In this document: piece after piece, positions 1-9,565 of the stretch
Numbering within the stretch: the first letter of the stretch is position 1
How the letters are laid out: each line of letters opens with the position of its first letter
Assembly (NCBI GenBank): GCA_016840035.1
Contig: JAEOTC010000102.1
Span: forward strand, 1 to 25,715
Direction: 5' to 3'
DNA length: 25,715 nucleotides
Origin: Candidatus Hodarchaeota archaeon
Lineage (GTDB): Archaea > Asgardarchaeota > Heimdallarchaeia > Hodarchaeales > Hodarchaeaceae
Position numbers and translations under genes: made by a program
The notes under the pieces: model-generated
What the model saw: the letters and a program-made list of their open reading frames with translations, nothing else
Database searches by the model: none
Told to the model about the DNA's origin: nothing

Positions 1-425
1 TAGACTCTTTAGAGGAATTAAGTCATGATCAAGCTATTGAGAAACCTATTGCTAAATCCAGTTCTATATATGAAATCCTTTTTCACATGGTAGTCTGGCA
101 AGATACTTTCTTGAAGAATATTAAGGATGAATCCACTGATTGGGGAGAAGCTAATCGAATTGCCAATGAGGAACTAGAAGAAGAAGTTAATAAAATTCTG
201 AAGAAAAAAAAGTGGGAAGAGCTTGTAAACGATTTCAAAAGGGGGTTCAAGGAAGCAGGTACGCTTCTTGACACAATTGACTTAAAAAAACCAATGAAAA
301 CGTTTAGGAATAAACCTGTTCTATAGATGTATTGTATATTAAATTAACATAATTCCTACCATATGGGGCAGATTATTAAGAACCGCGTCGCTCAAGGAAC
401 ATGGCCATTGAAGAAATCTCAATGA
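1..425 (+). pseudogene. DinB/YfiT-like metalloenzyme, 5'-truncated by the window edge and interrupted by two in-frame stops
   Basis: The frame is open from base 3 (DSLEELSHDQAIEKPIAKSSSIYEILFHMVVWQ, with the first DinB His). It continues in the same frame past TAG 324-326 and TAA 345-347 into HNSYHMGQI, the C-terminal DinB HxxYHxGQI motif, and ends at TGA 423-425. Confidence 0.75.
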
Positions 426-460
426 AAGAGTTCGTCATTAGAGAAAAATATCTTTCCATT

Positions 461-488
461 GTGTCGTAAAATAACAGTTGGTAAGTGA
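461..488 (-). repeat. dif/Xer-like 11-6-11 site (candidate)
   Basis: Minus strand reads TCACTTACCAA-CTGTTA-TTTTACGACAC. It lies between convergent genes and shares arms with the sites at 6355, 9507, 10995 and 20076. Confidence 0.5.
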
Positions 489-553
489 AATTATGTCATT
501 TCTTAGTCTATACATAATCTCCAAGATCTTTTCTTTGGGAAAATGGATGATTT

Positions 554-940
554 TTAATCTATGATTAATGGAAATCGTTCTTTGTTTATTTTGATTACCT
601 TACTTATCCCCAACTGTTCACGAAAAAGAAGTCTTTTGGTCTCCAAACGAGATATGACTCTCGAAATAGTTCCTTTTGAAACATCGAATTTTTCTGCTAG
701 CGATTGTTGGTTCATACTTCCCTGTAAAAATAAGATTTCAAGAATTTTCATCTCTAATTCTGGCAAGATAGGATTCCACTTCGAATTAATAGTCTTCCAA
801 CGTCTGGAGAATATTTCATTTGCCGAATTTTCGGGATAAAGATCAAGATTATTCGGTATTTTGTTAATGGAATTAATTTTCTTTTGGATAATACCTGAAA
901 TTTCCTCTCTCTGATAGAATATAACTCCAGATACTATCAC
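554..940 (-). CDS. Truncated membrane-anchored winged-HTH regulator (paralog of the C-terminus of 1066..2460); possibly a pseudogene
   Basis: MarR-like wHTH (MNQQSLAEKFDVSKGTISRVISRLETKRL), 42/72 identical by hand alignment to the upstream gene's HTH. The frame extends to 976 as DQFIPLGLISFL, completing a TM helix, but is closed by TAA 977-979 and TAG 986-988. Confidence 0.7.
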   Translation of the reverse strand: MIVSGVIFYQREEISGIIQKKINSINKIPNNLDLYPENSANEIFSRRWKTINSKWNPILPELEMKILEILFLQGSMNQQSLAEKFDVSKGTISRVISRLETKRLLFREQLGISKVIKINKERFPLIID

Positions 941-1065
941 TAGAAATGAAATAAGTCCTAAGGGTATGAACTGATCTTACGAAACCTAGGACTCCTTTAA
1001 TGATTTGTAATCCGATTTATAGTTAATATCATCGAATGAATAGATAATGTTTCCAAAATTTTATG

Positions 1066-2460
1066 TCACTCTAAATGATCTCTCTTAAGCTTGATCATCT
1101 TCGAAATGCCCAATTTTCTCCTATTAACAAGGCGTTTAGTCTCAAGTCGAGAGATAATCCGAGAAACGGACATAGAAGTAAGCCCTAATTTCTCCGCTAA
1201 AGATTTTTGATTCATGATTCCTTCATTGTACAATATTTCAATGGCTTTTAACTCATTTTCGGAGAGAATTGTTTCCCATTTCGATTGAATCGATTCCCAA
1301 CGGAATACTCTCTCTTCTGAATTGTCACTAATGATAGATTCATCTTTATCTGACAAGAAGTTGTTTGAATTTTGAAATTTGTTTATTGAGTGCTTATATT
1401 TGGTAGTAAGACTCGTTAAACTATCTTTCTTGTAGAAAATGACTCCTAGGAGACCGATAAAGGTTATCAATACTAAGATTCCTAAGTATGGACCTAAAAG
1501 TTCTGGTGATTCAGTCTCTATTATTGTAACTGGGATAAGAATTTTTTTGATACTCCGTTGAACACCTATTGTCGATTCAAGATTTATTATAATTTCAATA
1601 TTTCCTACTATTTCAGGTTTCGCTTCTAAGTTAATTTCGAAATGGATACACACTTTTTTTGATGGTTCTAATCGAAAATAAGAGATATTAGCTGTGATCC
1701 ATGTAGGGAAGAAAATATTCCCTTCAATAGGAAATAGTTCCTCATTCACTACAGTTACATCACGTGTTTCTCCTCGTGTAGCATTCCAGGACTCAAAAAA
1801 GTCTAAATAATGATTAGAAGTCTTTCTTAAGTATAGTTGGGTTTGAAAGCTTTGAACATTTGTTTCTACCCAGAGTAACTCGAATATTCCTAAGTTTGTC
1901 GTAATACTTGGAAATGGCCTTAATCCTTGTGTGATGAGTGTAAAATCATCTTTAAACCTTATCACAACATGTTGTGAACCGACCATACACCCCCAATCAA
2001 CCCCTATTTCAAAACTATAGACATTGGATGTTTTAGTTATGAATTTTCCGCGATAAGAGCCTGAAATATTATAGAGAGTCCCCTCTGGGATTGTAAAGTT
2101 ATTTGATGAGAAAGAAATCATTGTATAAGTGTCTATTTCACTTTGATTCAAATCCATAACAGTATCTACAACTCTCAAAGTAAAATTCTCAATCGGGAAT
2201 CCAAAAATTTTAAACTGCCCAAATAATTCCCCTTTCGAAGTGAAATTATTACCAAGAACTTTAAGGTGAAAATTACAGTAATACTCCCCGAATGGATTGA
2301 TTATGTATGATAAAACTACTTGATTGATGTTCAACTCGGAATTAGAAGTAGATTCAGTAGAATGAATTGTTCCACAACAAGGTGCATTAATTTGTAAACC
2401 AAGAAAACAAGAACATAACAGTATTATTCCAATATAATACTTAGAATGTTTCATTTTCAT
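1066..2460 (-). CDS. Membrane-anchored transcriptional regulator: signal peptide, beta-rich ectodomain, 1 TM, cytoplasmic wHTH (COG2512-like)
   Basis: Hydrophobic N-terminus, TM PYLGILVLITFIGLLGVIFY followed by KK, and C-terminal LSENELKAIEIL...MNQKSLAEKLGLTSMSVSRIISRLETKRLV. An AGGAGGT RBS sits in the 16-bp gap after the upstream gene. Confidence 0.85.
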   Translation of the reverse strand: MKMKHSKYYIGIILLCSCFLGLQINAPCCGTIHSTESTSNSELNINQVVLSYIINPFGEYYCNFHLKVLGNNFTSKGELFGQFKIFGFPIENFTLRVVDTVMDLNQSEIDTYTMISFSSNNFTIPEGTLYNISGSYRGKFITKTSNVYSFEIGVDWGCMVGSQHVVIRFKDDFTLITQGLRPFPSITTNLGIFELLWVETNVQSFQTQLYLRKTSNHYLDFFESWNATRGETRDVTVVNEELFPIEGNIFFPTWITANISYFRLEPSKKVCIHFEINLEAKPEIVGNIEIIINLESTIGVQRSIKKILIPVTIIETESPELLGPYLGILVLITFIGLLGVIFYKKDSLTSLTTKYKHSINKFQNSNNFLSDKDESIISDNSEERVFRWESIQSKWETILSENELKAIEILYNEGIMNQKSLAEKLGLTSMSVSRIISRLETKRLVNRRKLGISKMIKLKRDHLE

Positions 2461-2476
2461 CCTTCACAACCTCCTT

Positions 2477-5113
2477 TTATGGCAGATCAGATTTATAGTT
2501 TTTTCCCCTCTTGAATACTTTTCTTCGTATCCCTAAGAAAAGTCCAACTAACAACACCATTGAAAATGTGGGAAAGGAGGAATGTGCAGATGTCGTTGTA
2601 CTGGTAGTTGTAATGGGATTTAGGATGGTGAAGACTTCATCTGAAATATCACTTACAGTAGTTCCATCATCAAAGGTAGCTACTACTTTTATAAGATAAA
2701 ATGACCCCGAAGGGAGTGTGGAAACATTCCACATAAATTCTGCGACTTCAAGATTCGCTACTAACATAATCCAGTTGGTACCTGAATCTACAGAATAATA
2801 AACTGTATATTTAACGGAAGATCCATGCGTATCATATGCTGGAAGCCAGTCGAGTGTGATCGATCCTTTGATTATTTCTCGCCCATTTGGTACAATAATT
2901 TGAGGTGGGATGAGAACCCGAAATGGTGAGTGTGGTGAAATTGCTAAGGGATAAGAATCTTGACTAATCTGTGGTGAAGTGTCTTCTGGATAGCCTTCAA
3001 TTGTATATGGTAAATCTATAATATTATCGTGATTATCATCTGGGCTAGTCCAATCTGACCAGTAATTGTAGTAAAATCGATTATCCATATCTGCATTATG
3101 TGTAAAGTCTTCAGCAGCCTGGGACTCTCTATCTGGGGCATCTAAATTATTATTCACAAAACTATTCAGAATGATCGTATTATTAGTAGATCCATAGCTA
3201 AACATTAAACCATAACCTCGATTTTCAGCTATGAAATTGTCCTTGATGATATTATTATGAGATCCGTCTAATAGGACTCCTTCCCAAGTATTATTGCTAA
3301 TGACATTACCTCCGATAACATTGCCTGAGGAATGAATGAAAATTATCCCGTAATAAGAATCTTTAATCTCATTGTTGGTAATATTATTATTGGAAGAGTG
3401 ATATAAATGAATTCCAGAGTAGTAATTGCTTATGTTTCTGATGTGATTATTGCTAATACTACAGTAAGTGGATGCTGATAAACTAATTCCGTGATATTTA
3501 CCTGTATTGACAGTATTGTTGGTAATACTAAGTCGTTGGCTAGAATGAATTACGATACTACAATCTACCTGATTGGAGATGGAGATCGTACTGCAATTAA
3601 CTAAGAAAATTTGTCCTGCTCCCATGGGAACGGTTTCATTGATCTTATTATACCAATAAAGAAGGGGTTTACCATTAATAGAATTATTTTTTACTTCTGC
3701 TTGTATATAAGATTCAATGGTAGCTCCTTTAATTAATAATTCACTTCTTAAGAGATTATCTTTAATAATATTAAGGGAGGAATCAATAAAATAAATACTA
3801 CTCAGATTATTTCTGAGAAGATTATTATTTGTAGAATTAGATAGTAAAATTCTCGCAATAGAATAAATTGAATCCACCAAAGTATTATGGGAAAGAGTGT
3901 TATTAAATGAAGAGCTTAATTTAATTCCACTATCTCCTGAATTTAGAAGAAGATTACGAGTTAAAAGGTTGTTTTGAGAAGAGCATAACCATATCCCCTG
4001 ATAAGCGTTGGGGAAAGTATTATTGACAAAGATATTGTCCTGAGAAGAATAAACCTGAATTGCATAAGGCATATATTCCCACCCCCATAACTCATAACCA
4101 CTGTAGGGTAGCTCAGGGTATCCTTCAAAATCTCCTTCATTGATAGTGTTGTTAATGAAGCGATTATTAGTGGAAAAACTAACTGTTGAATACTTTTCCA
4201 GAAGATTATTTCTCACATTATTATTATTTGAATATCTTAAATCAATACCCTTCATATTGTTGTTGCTAATATTGCAATTAGATGAATACCCCAAATAAAG
4301 ACGATAATCCAAAGTATTATTGAAGATTTCAATGTAATCACTAAAATGACAATATAATCTGTGTGTTAGATTAATGTCAACTAACTTGATTTGACTACAA
4401 TTAACGAGGATAAGTTGTCCTGCTTCTATAGAAATTGATTCATTAACCTGATTAGACCAGTATAGAATTGATTCCCCGTCGACAGAATTATTTATTACTT
4501 CTCTTTGAATATAGGAATCAAGATCGTCACCATTGAAATTTAATGCCCCATATTGTGGATCAGTGAATTTATTTCCTGTTATAATGTTATCAGCAGATTG
4601 GTAGAGGTCAATATAGCCACCCCTTCCACCATTTTCTGTGAAAATGTTATTGATAATAGTATTGTTGGGAGAATTACTCAAGGTTATTCCAAAGCAGCTA
4701 TTATTTGTAATATGATTCAAGGAAGAATTCCACAATCTAATCACCCCATAGTTATATGAATGTAAAATGTTCTGTATTATTTGACCATTCATTACGTCAG
4801 TAAAGTAGAGATACGTCAGTGAAGAATTGTATACTGAAAAGTAACAATCAACATGAGATATCCTTAATCCGTACAAATCAAGTCCTGATATCAGATAAGG
4901 ATTGAATTGCGATCCATTTCCAGACCATCCATTTGCTAAAGCTTGGGTAGCGAAGTCTTCAGTGCCATTAATTTTAATCCAGTCTAAAGTTATCGAATAT
5001 ATGCTAGAATTGGTTTCTAGAGGTTGAACTTCGGTTATATTATGATTGTTTAGTGTTGGAATAAGTGAAATTATCAAAAAGAGGACTAATAATAGGCTAT
5101 GTTGTTTTTTCAT
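2477..5113 (-). CDS. Surface protein: right-handed parallel beta-helix (NosD/CASH-like) repeats, Ig/FN3-like domain, Thr-rich linker, C-terminal TM and basic tail
   Basis: Signal peptide; many GIxLxxSxNNxIxxN repeats; YWSDWTSPDDNHDNIIDLPY cap; PNG...YSVDSGTNW...YLIKVVA Ig-like domain; tail TTTSTTTS...FPTFSMVLLVGLFLGIRRK. Confidence 0.88.
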   Translation of the reverse strand: MKKQHSLLLVLFLIISLIPTLNNHNITEVQPLETNSSIYSITLDWIKINGTEDFATQALANGWSGNGSQFNPYLISGLDLYGLRISHVDCYFSVYNSSLTYLYFTDVMNGQIIQNILHSYNYGVIRLWNSSLNHITNNSCFGITLSNSPNNTIINNIFTENGGRGGYIDLYQSADNIITGNKFTDPQYGALNFNGDDLDSYIQREVINNSVDGESILYWSNQVNESISIEAGQLILVNCSQIKLVDINLTHRLYCHFSDYIEIFNNTLDYRLYLGYSSNCNISNNNMKGIDLRYSNNNNVRNNLLEKYSTVSFSTNNRFINNTINEGDFEGYPELPYSGYELWGWEYMPYAIQVYSSQDNIFVNNTFPNAYQGIWLCSSQNNLLTRNLLLNSGDSGIKLSSSFNNTLSHNTLVDSIYSIARILLSNSTNNNLLRNNLSSIYFIDSSLNIIKDNLLRSELLIKGATIESYIQAEVKNNSINGKPLLYWYNKINETVPMGAGQIFLVNCSTISISNQVDCSIVIHSSQRLSITNNTVNTGKYHGISLSASTYCSISNNHIRNISNYYSGIHLYHSSNNNITNNEIKDSYYGIIFIHSSGNVIGGNVISNNTWEGVLLDGSHNNIIKDNFIAENRGYGLMFSYGSTNNTIILNSFVNNNLDAPDRESQAAEDFTHNADMDNRFYYNYWSDWTSPDDNHDNIIDLPYTIEGYPEDTSPQISQDSYPLAISPHSPFRVLIPPQIIVPNGREIIKGSITLDWLPAYDTHGSSVKYTVYYSVDSGTNWIMLVANLEVAEFMWNVSTLPSGSFYLIKVVATFDDGTTVSDISDEVFTILNPITTTSTTTSAHSSFPTFSMVLLVGLFLGIRRKVFKRGKNYKSDLP

Positions 5114-5178
5114 TTGATCAACTCAATTTTTATCAATATCTAGGTTCGATATTTCATGAGAAAACCTTCGGGATGTAG

Positions 5179-5269
5179 ATGTTGGTTATCCAGAGAATAA
5201 TACTTACATAAAATTCTATGTTTGCAGAAAAGTGTTACTAACTGTAATAACAAGTAATGTTGGTTATCC
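5179..5269. repeat. 13-bp perfect direct repeat ATGTTGGTTATCC (5179-5191, 5257-5269)
   Basis: Read directly. The reverse complement GGATAACCAACAT matches the 'CCAA' arm of the dispersed intergenic motif family. Confidence 0.75.
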
Positions 5270-5396
5270 CGATATAGAAATCTTTTCTGGAGGAGGAATT
5301 TTTAGTTGTCTTCAAACTGATGGGTAATCACAAATTTGTGTATGTTGTCATCAGTTAACTATATAGTCATTTATTGTTTAATTCGTCGTACTAAAA

Positions 5397-6230
5397 TTAT
5401 TCTGGAGGACCTCGTTCGATTCTCTTTTGAATTTCCTTCAAAGAATACCGTTCTGACCAGCAAGCCTCTAATAGCCAATTAACACCAATGTCCATGAAGT
5501 GATGGATATAAGCATCCTCCTCTTTGTTTCCAACGGTTACAATGCTTTTTACAACATCAAATGAGTCCAGTGATTTCCTATACTTTCTAATATAACTTAA
5601 AATTTCTTGATAATCTTGAGGATATAATGAGGGATCAGATCCAGCTTTCAATGGAAATATCCCATCATATTTCGCAGCCCGTCGAAATGGTTTTTTATTT
5701 GGCCAAGTACCTCCGACCCAGATCTTTATATTACCTTCTGGTTTAAATTTAATTGGATCTATTATTTTGAAGTGTTTTCCATCAAAAGTAAAGGGTTTTC
5801 CAGACCACAAACCTTTTAGAATCTCTAAAGATTCATCAAGTATATCCCCTCTAATCTTAGGGTTCTCCTCTTCACCTAGAGCTTTTAATTCTGCTGTAGA
5901 TCCCAAACCCACGCCAAGAATAAATCTTCCACTAGAAAGCTTATCTAGTGTAATAGCTTCTCTTGCTATTATCATTGGTCTTCTTCTTGCTAATGGTGTT
6001 ACTGTTGTACCAATAGTGATTTTATTTGTTTTTGTAGCTATTGCAGCCAATATAATCCATGGATCTAAGACATTATGATCTGTTGCCCACGGTAGAAAAA
6101 CGTGATCCCATAAAAAGAACCCATCCCATCCACATTCTTCCCCACTCTTAGCTAACTTGATGTAATCTTGTGGATTACTTGTAATGCCATGGTTAGCAAT
6201 ATATATGCCAAATTTTACCTTGCTAATCAA
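5397..6230 (-). CDS. LLM-class (luciferase-like) flavin/F420-dependent oxidoreductase
   Basis: GWDGFFLWDH, DPWIILAAIA, GTTVTPLARRRP, TLDKLSSGRFILGVGLG, IWVGG, C-terminal GPP. Start moved from 6287 to TTG 6230, which follows a GGTGAT RBS (6235-6240). Confidence 0.9.
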   Translation of the reverse strand: MISKVKFGIYIANHGITSNPQDYIKLAKSGEECGWDGFFLWDHVFLPWATDHNVLDPWIILAAIATKTNKITIGTTVTPLARRRPMIIAREAITLDKLSSGRFILGVGLGSTAELKALGEEENPKIRGDILDESLEILKGLWSGKPFTFDGKHFKIIDPIKFKPEGNIKIWVGGTWPNKKPFRRAAKYDGIFPLKAGSDPSLYPQDYQEILSYIRKYRKSLDSFDVVKSIVTVGNKEEDAYIHHFMDIGVNWLLEACWSERYSLKEIQKRIERGPPE

Positions 6231-6354
6231 AAGTATCACCAAAATTAATAATAATTCAGTCCTTAAAAACATATTTTTAGTGTCCATTCAAAGTAAGATA
6301 TTTGCTAAAGCCTCTCAGCATTGTTAAGCTGGAAATGTGGGATTTACTGCTTCA

Positions 6355-6382
6355 ATGTCGCAAAATTGATGTTTGAGGACAT
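6355..6382. repeat. dif/Xer-like 11-6-11 imperfect palindrome (candidate)
   Basis: ATGTCGCAAAA-TTGATG-TTTGAGGACAT, followed at 6391-6415 by a second family motif, AATGTCGCTTATCCAACGAACAGTT. Confidence 0.55.
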
Positions 6383-6498
6383 TTGAATGTAATGTCGCTT
6401 ATCCAACGAACAGTTCCGAAAATAAATTGATAAATAGGGGAGCAATATGCTAGGTCAAAAGGTTTAGTTGAAGAGGAAATAGGCTGTATAAGATAATT

Positions 6499-7650
6499 TT
6501 GGTGAAGAAATTGAATGATAAATTAGTTCAAGATCCGTTGTTCAAGATCTGGGAGAAAGCTTCTAGTACATGGAATTTTGCTAAGAAAGAAGTAATCCCA
6601 AATATTGAGGAGTTAACACCTGAAGGGTTAACACGAATCCTCAAAAAAAAGGGCTACATTAACAAAGGAAAAGTTTTAAAAATAATAAAGCGAGAATCAA
6701 GGGAAGGATTTCATTCAAACGTGCATTTTTTGGAGCTTTATTTTTCTAATGATATTCAAAAAGAAGTAATTTCATCTGAAATAGTTGTTAAGATACCTAA
6801 AACTGATGATTTAAGTAAACTTGCAGGAAAATACGAAGCGAGATTTTTTAAGGTTGTAACAGAAAAGAACAAAGAATTACCAGTTCCAACATGTTATGAT
6901 GTAGCATTTTCTAAAGAAACAGGGTACTCTCATGTTATACTTGAAAATTTATCTAAAACACATGAAGAGTTATCAGATTTGCCTGTTCCTCCTTTAAAAA
7001 AACATTGTGAAAGGGCAATTGAGAGTTTAGCAAAAATCCATGCATTCTGGTGGGATCGGGTTGATGATGATTATCGTATTAACAAAAAAGCTTTTTTTGA
7101 AGTGTATGAAATCAATGAACAAATTATGCATAACGTGCTAAATTTTATAGGAGAAAGAATGAGTAACACACGAAGAAATCTGTATAAAAAAGTTTATTCA
7201 TTATATCCTCAATTGCACTGGAAAAGAATTAGCACTAAAAAGAATTTAACTCTCGTACATGGTGATGCTGGCTTTTGGAATTTTTTCTATCCAAAAAACA
7301 TTGAGAATGAAAAAGAAAAAGCGTATTTAATTGATTGGCAATCATGGAGGCCCGATTTCGGAATGCATGATTTGGCCTACATGATAGGTCTTGAATGGTA
7401 TCCTGAACGAAGATTATTGATGGAAAAAATCCTAATAGAACATTATTATAATGTTCTAGTTGAACAAGGTGTAAAAAATTTCAGCTGGGATGAATGTTGG
7501 TATGACTACAAATTGGCGGCAATTAGAAATCTTTACATCCCAATAAACCAATGTGATATGAAAATTTCTGCATTGTGGTGGTGGCCTCATTTAGAAAGAG
7601 CGTGTCTCACATTTGAAGATTTAAATTGCATGGAGGTATTAGAAAATTAG
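6499..7650 (+). CDS. APH/choline kinase-like small-molecule phosphotransferase (EcKinase/DUF1679-like)
   Basis: VVKIP lysine, EARFF, VPTCY, LAKIHAFWW, Brenner motif LVHGDAGFWN, LIDWQ, DLAYMI. The start codon is uncertain. Confidence 0.88.
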   Translation: MVKKLNDKLVQDPLFKIWEKASSTWNFAKKEVIPNIEELTPEGLTRILKKKGYINKGKVLKIIKRESREGFHSNVHFLELYFSNDIQKEVISSEIVVKIPKTDDLSKLAGKYEARFFKVVTEKNKELPVPTCYDVAFSKETGYSHVILENLSKTHEELSDLPVPPLKKHCERAIESLAKIHAFWWDRVDDDYRINKKAFFEVYEINEQIMHNVLNFIGERMSNTRRNLYKKVYSLYPQLHWKRISTKKNLTLVHGDAGFWNFFYPKNIENEKEKAYLIDWQSWRPDFGMHDLAYMIGLEWYPERRLLMEKILIEHYYNVLVEQGVKNFSWDECWYDYKLAAIRNLYIPINQCDMKISALWWWPHLERACLTFEDLNCMEVLEN

Positions 7651-7692
7651 AGCTTATGATTAATTATGACACCCCTAGTCTTTCATCTTTTT

Positions 7693-7714
7693 ATATAACA
7701 GATGTGCAATAACC
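7693..7714 (+). repeat. 22-bp perfect direct repeat, copy 1 (ATATAACAGATGTGCAATAACC)
   Basis: Identical to 9498-9519. Confidence 0.9.
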
Positions 7715-7854
7715 AACGATATGTAATTTGAAAGAGAGTAATTGGCTTTAGTCAAAATGAAATTGTTTTTACTAGAAATTAATAAGCTTTCCAATAGGAA
7801 TGTCACAGTAAAAATCATAAATCAGCAAATTATAACTGTTCATTTATTCAACTA

Positions 7855-8220
7855 TCAAATGCAATCCCATCGAACCATAATTTGATGAGTTTCTACAATC
7901 ACTACTTTATTAACGACATCCTCAAGTTTATACTTATTTAAAAACTCTTTAAACAAGTCTAAAAAAACTTTTTTGCCTTGAGTCTCTGGTTTTAAGAGAA
8001 TTATTCCGTAAAATGTTCCTCTTGGATGTAGAATGTCATTACTAAAGTCATTATCTAAAGTGATTAGAATTCGTTCTTCTCTTTCGCATAACTGAAGTAA
8101 ATCTTTATCTTCAATACCCATTTTTCCTTCGTGATATACACTGTCAACTTTATGATTTCCCATTGACTCTAGAACTTTTTTAACTGAAAAAGGAGAATTT
8201 TAATCTATTTTAAACTTCAT
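7855..8220 (-). pseudogene. DUF5615 PIN-like toxin (VapC45-like) with an in-frame stop at codon 7
   Basis: ATG 8220 follows a GAGGGG RBS and reads MKFKID*NSPFSVKKVLESMGNHKV..D.DLL..C..EERILITLDNDF. TAA 8200-8202 replaces the Glu of the family's D-E-N motif. Confidence 0.85.
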
Positions 8221-8229
8221 TGATTTCCC

Positions 8230-8469
8230 TCAACTTTCCATTGTTAAGGGAATGACTTCTCCTCTGGCTAAAGAAGCTCCATACATTAGTGCGACATTCA
8301 CATCCCCTTTCTTAAGCGAAGGATACTCTTTGAGTATTTCTTCTTCCCCCATTCCTTCTGCTACACAATCAAGAATAACAGAGACCATGACTCGGGTTCC
8401 TTTGATACAAACTTTACCATGACAAATATTGATGTTTGAAGATATTTGTTCTTTCCATTCTAAAGCCAT
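8230..8469 (-). CDS. DUF433 family antitoxin (VapB45-like)
   Basis: ISSNINICHGKVCIKGTRVMVSVIL...GM.EEEILKEYPSL...DV..AL.Y, directly upstream of the PIN gene. ATG 8469 is preferred over TTG 8475. Confidence 0.92.
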   Translation of the reverse strand: MALEWKEQISSNINICHGKVCIKGTRVMVSVILDCVAEGMGEEEILKEYPSLKKGDVNVALMYGASLARGEVIPLTMES

Positions 8470-8789
8470 TTTCAAACCTTCGATCGACTTATTTGAGTGC
8501 TTATTTTATTAGAAGTTAAATTTTTCAATTTTATTAAGCCTTTCCTTTTTTGACATGGTTTGTTATTAATTTTTATGTAATGCAAGCTATTGTTTGTAAA
8601 ATTATATCTCAGAAAATTTACAAAATATACGGAGGTTCGTATGTAATACCAACGATAAGTGTTTCCAAAAAATTTCGATTTAGTAATAATTTTTCATGTT
8701 CCTTGACAAAATCTACACTACCAGAAAGACTGGTTACTTCTTTTTCAAGGATTTGTACGTAAACTGTAATAGTTTCATAGCAGACTGAA

Positions 8790-9455
8790 TTAGATTGTGA
8801 CTGGATTAAATCCAATGGTAATCAACCATATTCCGAATACAATTTCCTGTAAAGCTATGGGGATATTCAAACCCAGATAAAGTGGTGTTTTGATTGTCGT
8901 AAGATTCAACATTAATGAAAAACTAGCCAATAAAGACAATAGAGCACCAATAAAACCCCAAATAGATAACCATTGAGGGATTAACTGATATTGAAAAAGA
9001 ATAAAATAAAACAGGAGACCACCGATATTTAAAGCCAGTATCATAACCACATGATTCATAAAATCACGACCAGTTCGTAACAAATTCCCTAGAGTTTCAG
9101 CATGTACTGGGTCTAAAGAATCTGAGCTTGAAAAATCCTGGCTTAGAGCCAATAACAAAAATGCTAGCACAATTGCTAAAATGTTAAATATACCTGCAAT
9201 AATGCGAAAACTAACAAAGCCCAGAGATAATTCTTCATTATAGTTATTTAAAGTAGGGAATAGTAAAACAGCTATACCCACATAAGCAAATGCAAGGACA
9301 AATTGTGAGAGTACTCCAAAAATAACTTTCCGCTGATTTTCATAAATCTTACTGAGAAAATTGGGATCATCTATTGCTGGTATAATACTAAGGATGCCGG
9401 CAATAAAAACTACTAAATATAATATTCCAGCAATAACAATCGAATTCATTTCCAA
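8790..9455 (-). CDS. DUF4386-like multi-pass membrane protein
   Basis: IAGILYLVVFIAGILS, GIAVLLFP.L..YN..LSLGFVSFR, LIPQWLSIWGFIG, PIALQEIVFGIWLI.IGF; about 6 TM segments. Confidence 0.8.
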   Translation of the reverse strand: MEMNSIVIAGILYLVVFIAGILSIIPAIDDPNFLSKIYENQRKVIFGVLSQFVLAFAYVGIAVLLFPTLNNYNEELSLGFVSFRIIAGIFNILAIVLAFLLLALSQDFSSSDSLDPVHAETLGNLLRTGRDFMNHVVMILALNIGGLLFYFILFQYQLIPQWLSIWGFIGALLSLLASFSLMLNLTTIKTPLYLGLNIPIALQEIVFGIWLITIGFNPVTI

Positions 9456-9497
9456 TTGCTCTCAAGCTTTAGATGTTAAAAAGCATTACTAGATACA

Positions 9498-9534
9498 ATA
9501 TAACAGATGTGCAATAACCGATATTACACGACAA
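9498..9534 (+). repeat. 22-bp direct repeat, copy 2, running into a dif/Xer-like site
   Basis: 9498-9519 is identical to 7693-7714. 9507-9534 reads ATGTGCAATAA-CCGATA-TTACACGACAA (TAA-N6-TTA core). Confidence 0.8.
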
Positions 9535-9565
9535 ATTCAAGTAATTGGGAAACAAAAATTTCTCG

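Noticed and set aside
2477-5113. Nitrous oxide reductase accessory (nosD) function
   Set aside because: Only the beta-helix fold is shared. No nos genes are nearby and the architecture is that of an archaeal surface protein.
6231-6287. Hydrophobic N-terminal extension (signal peptide) on the LLM oxidoreductase
   Set aside because: It results from choosing the longest ORF. A GGTGAT RBS supports TTG 6230, and family similarity starts at KFGI.
8550-8815. ORFs 8550..8762 (+) and 8618..8815 (-)
   Set aside because: No recognisable motif or RBS. The minus-strand ORF overlaps the DUF4386 3' end and may be a gene remnant, but I cannot support that.
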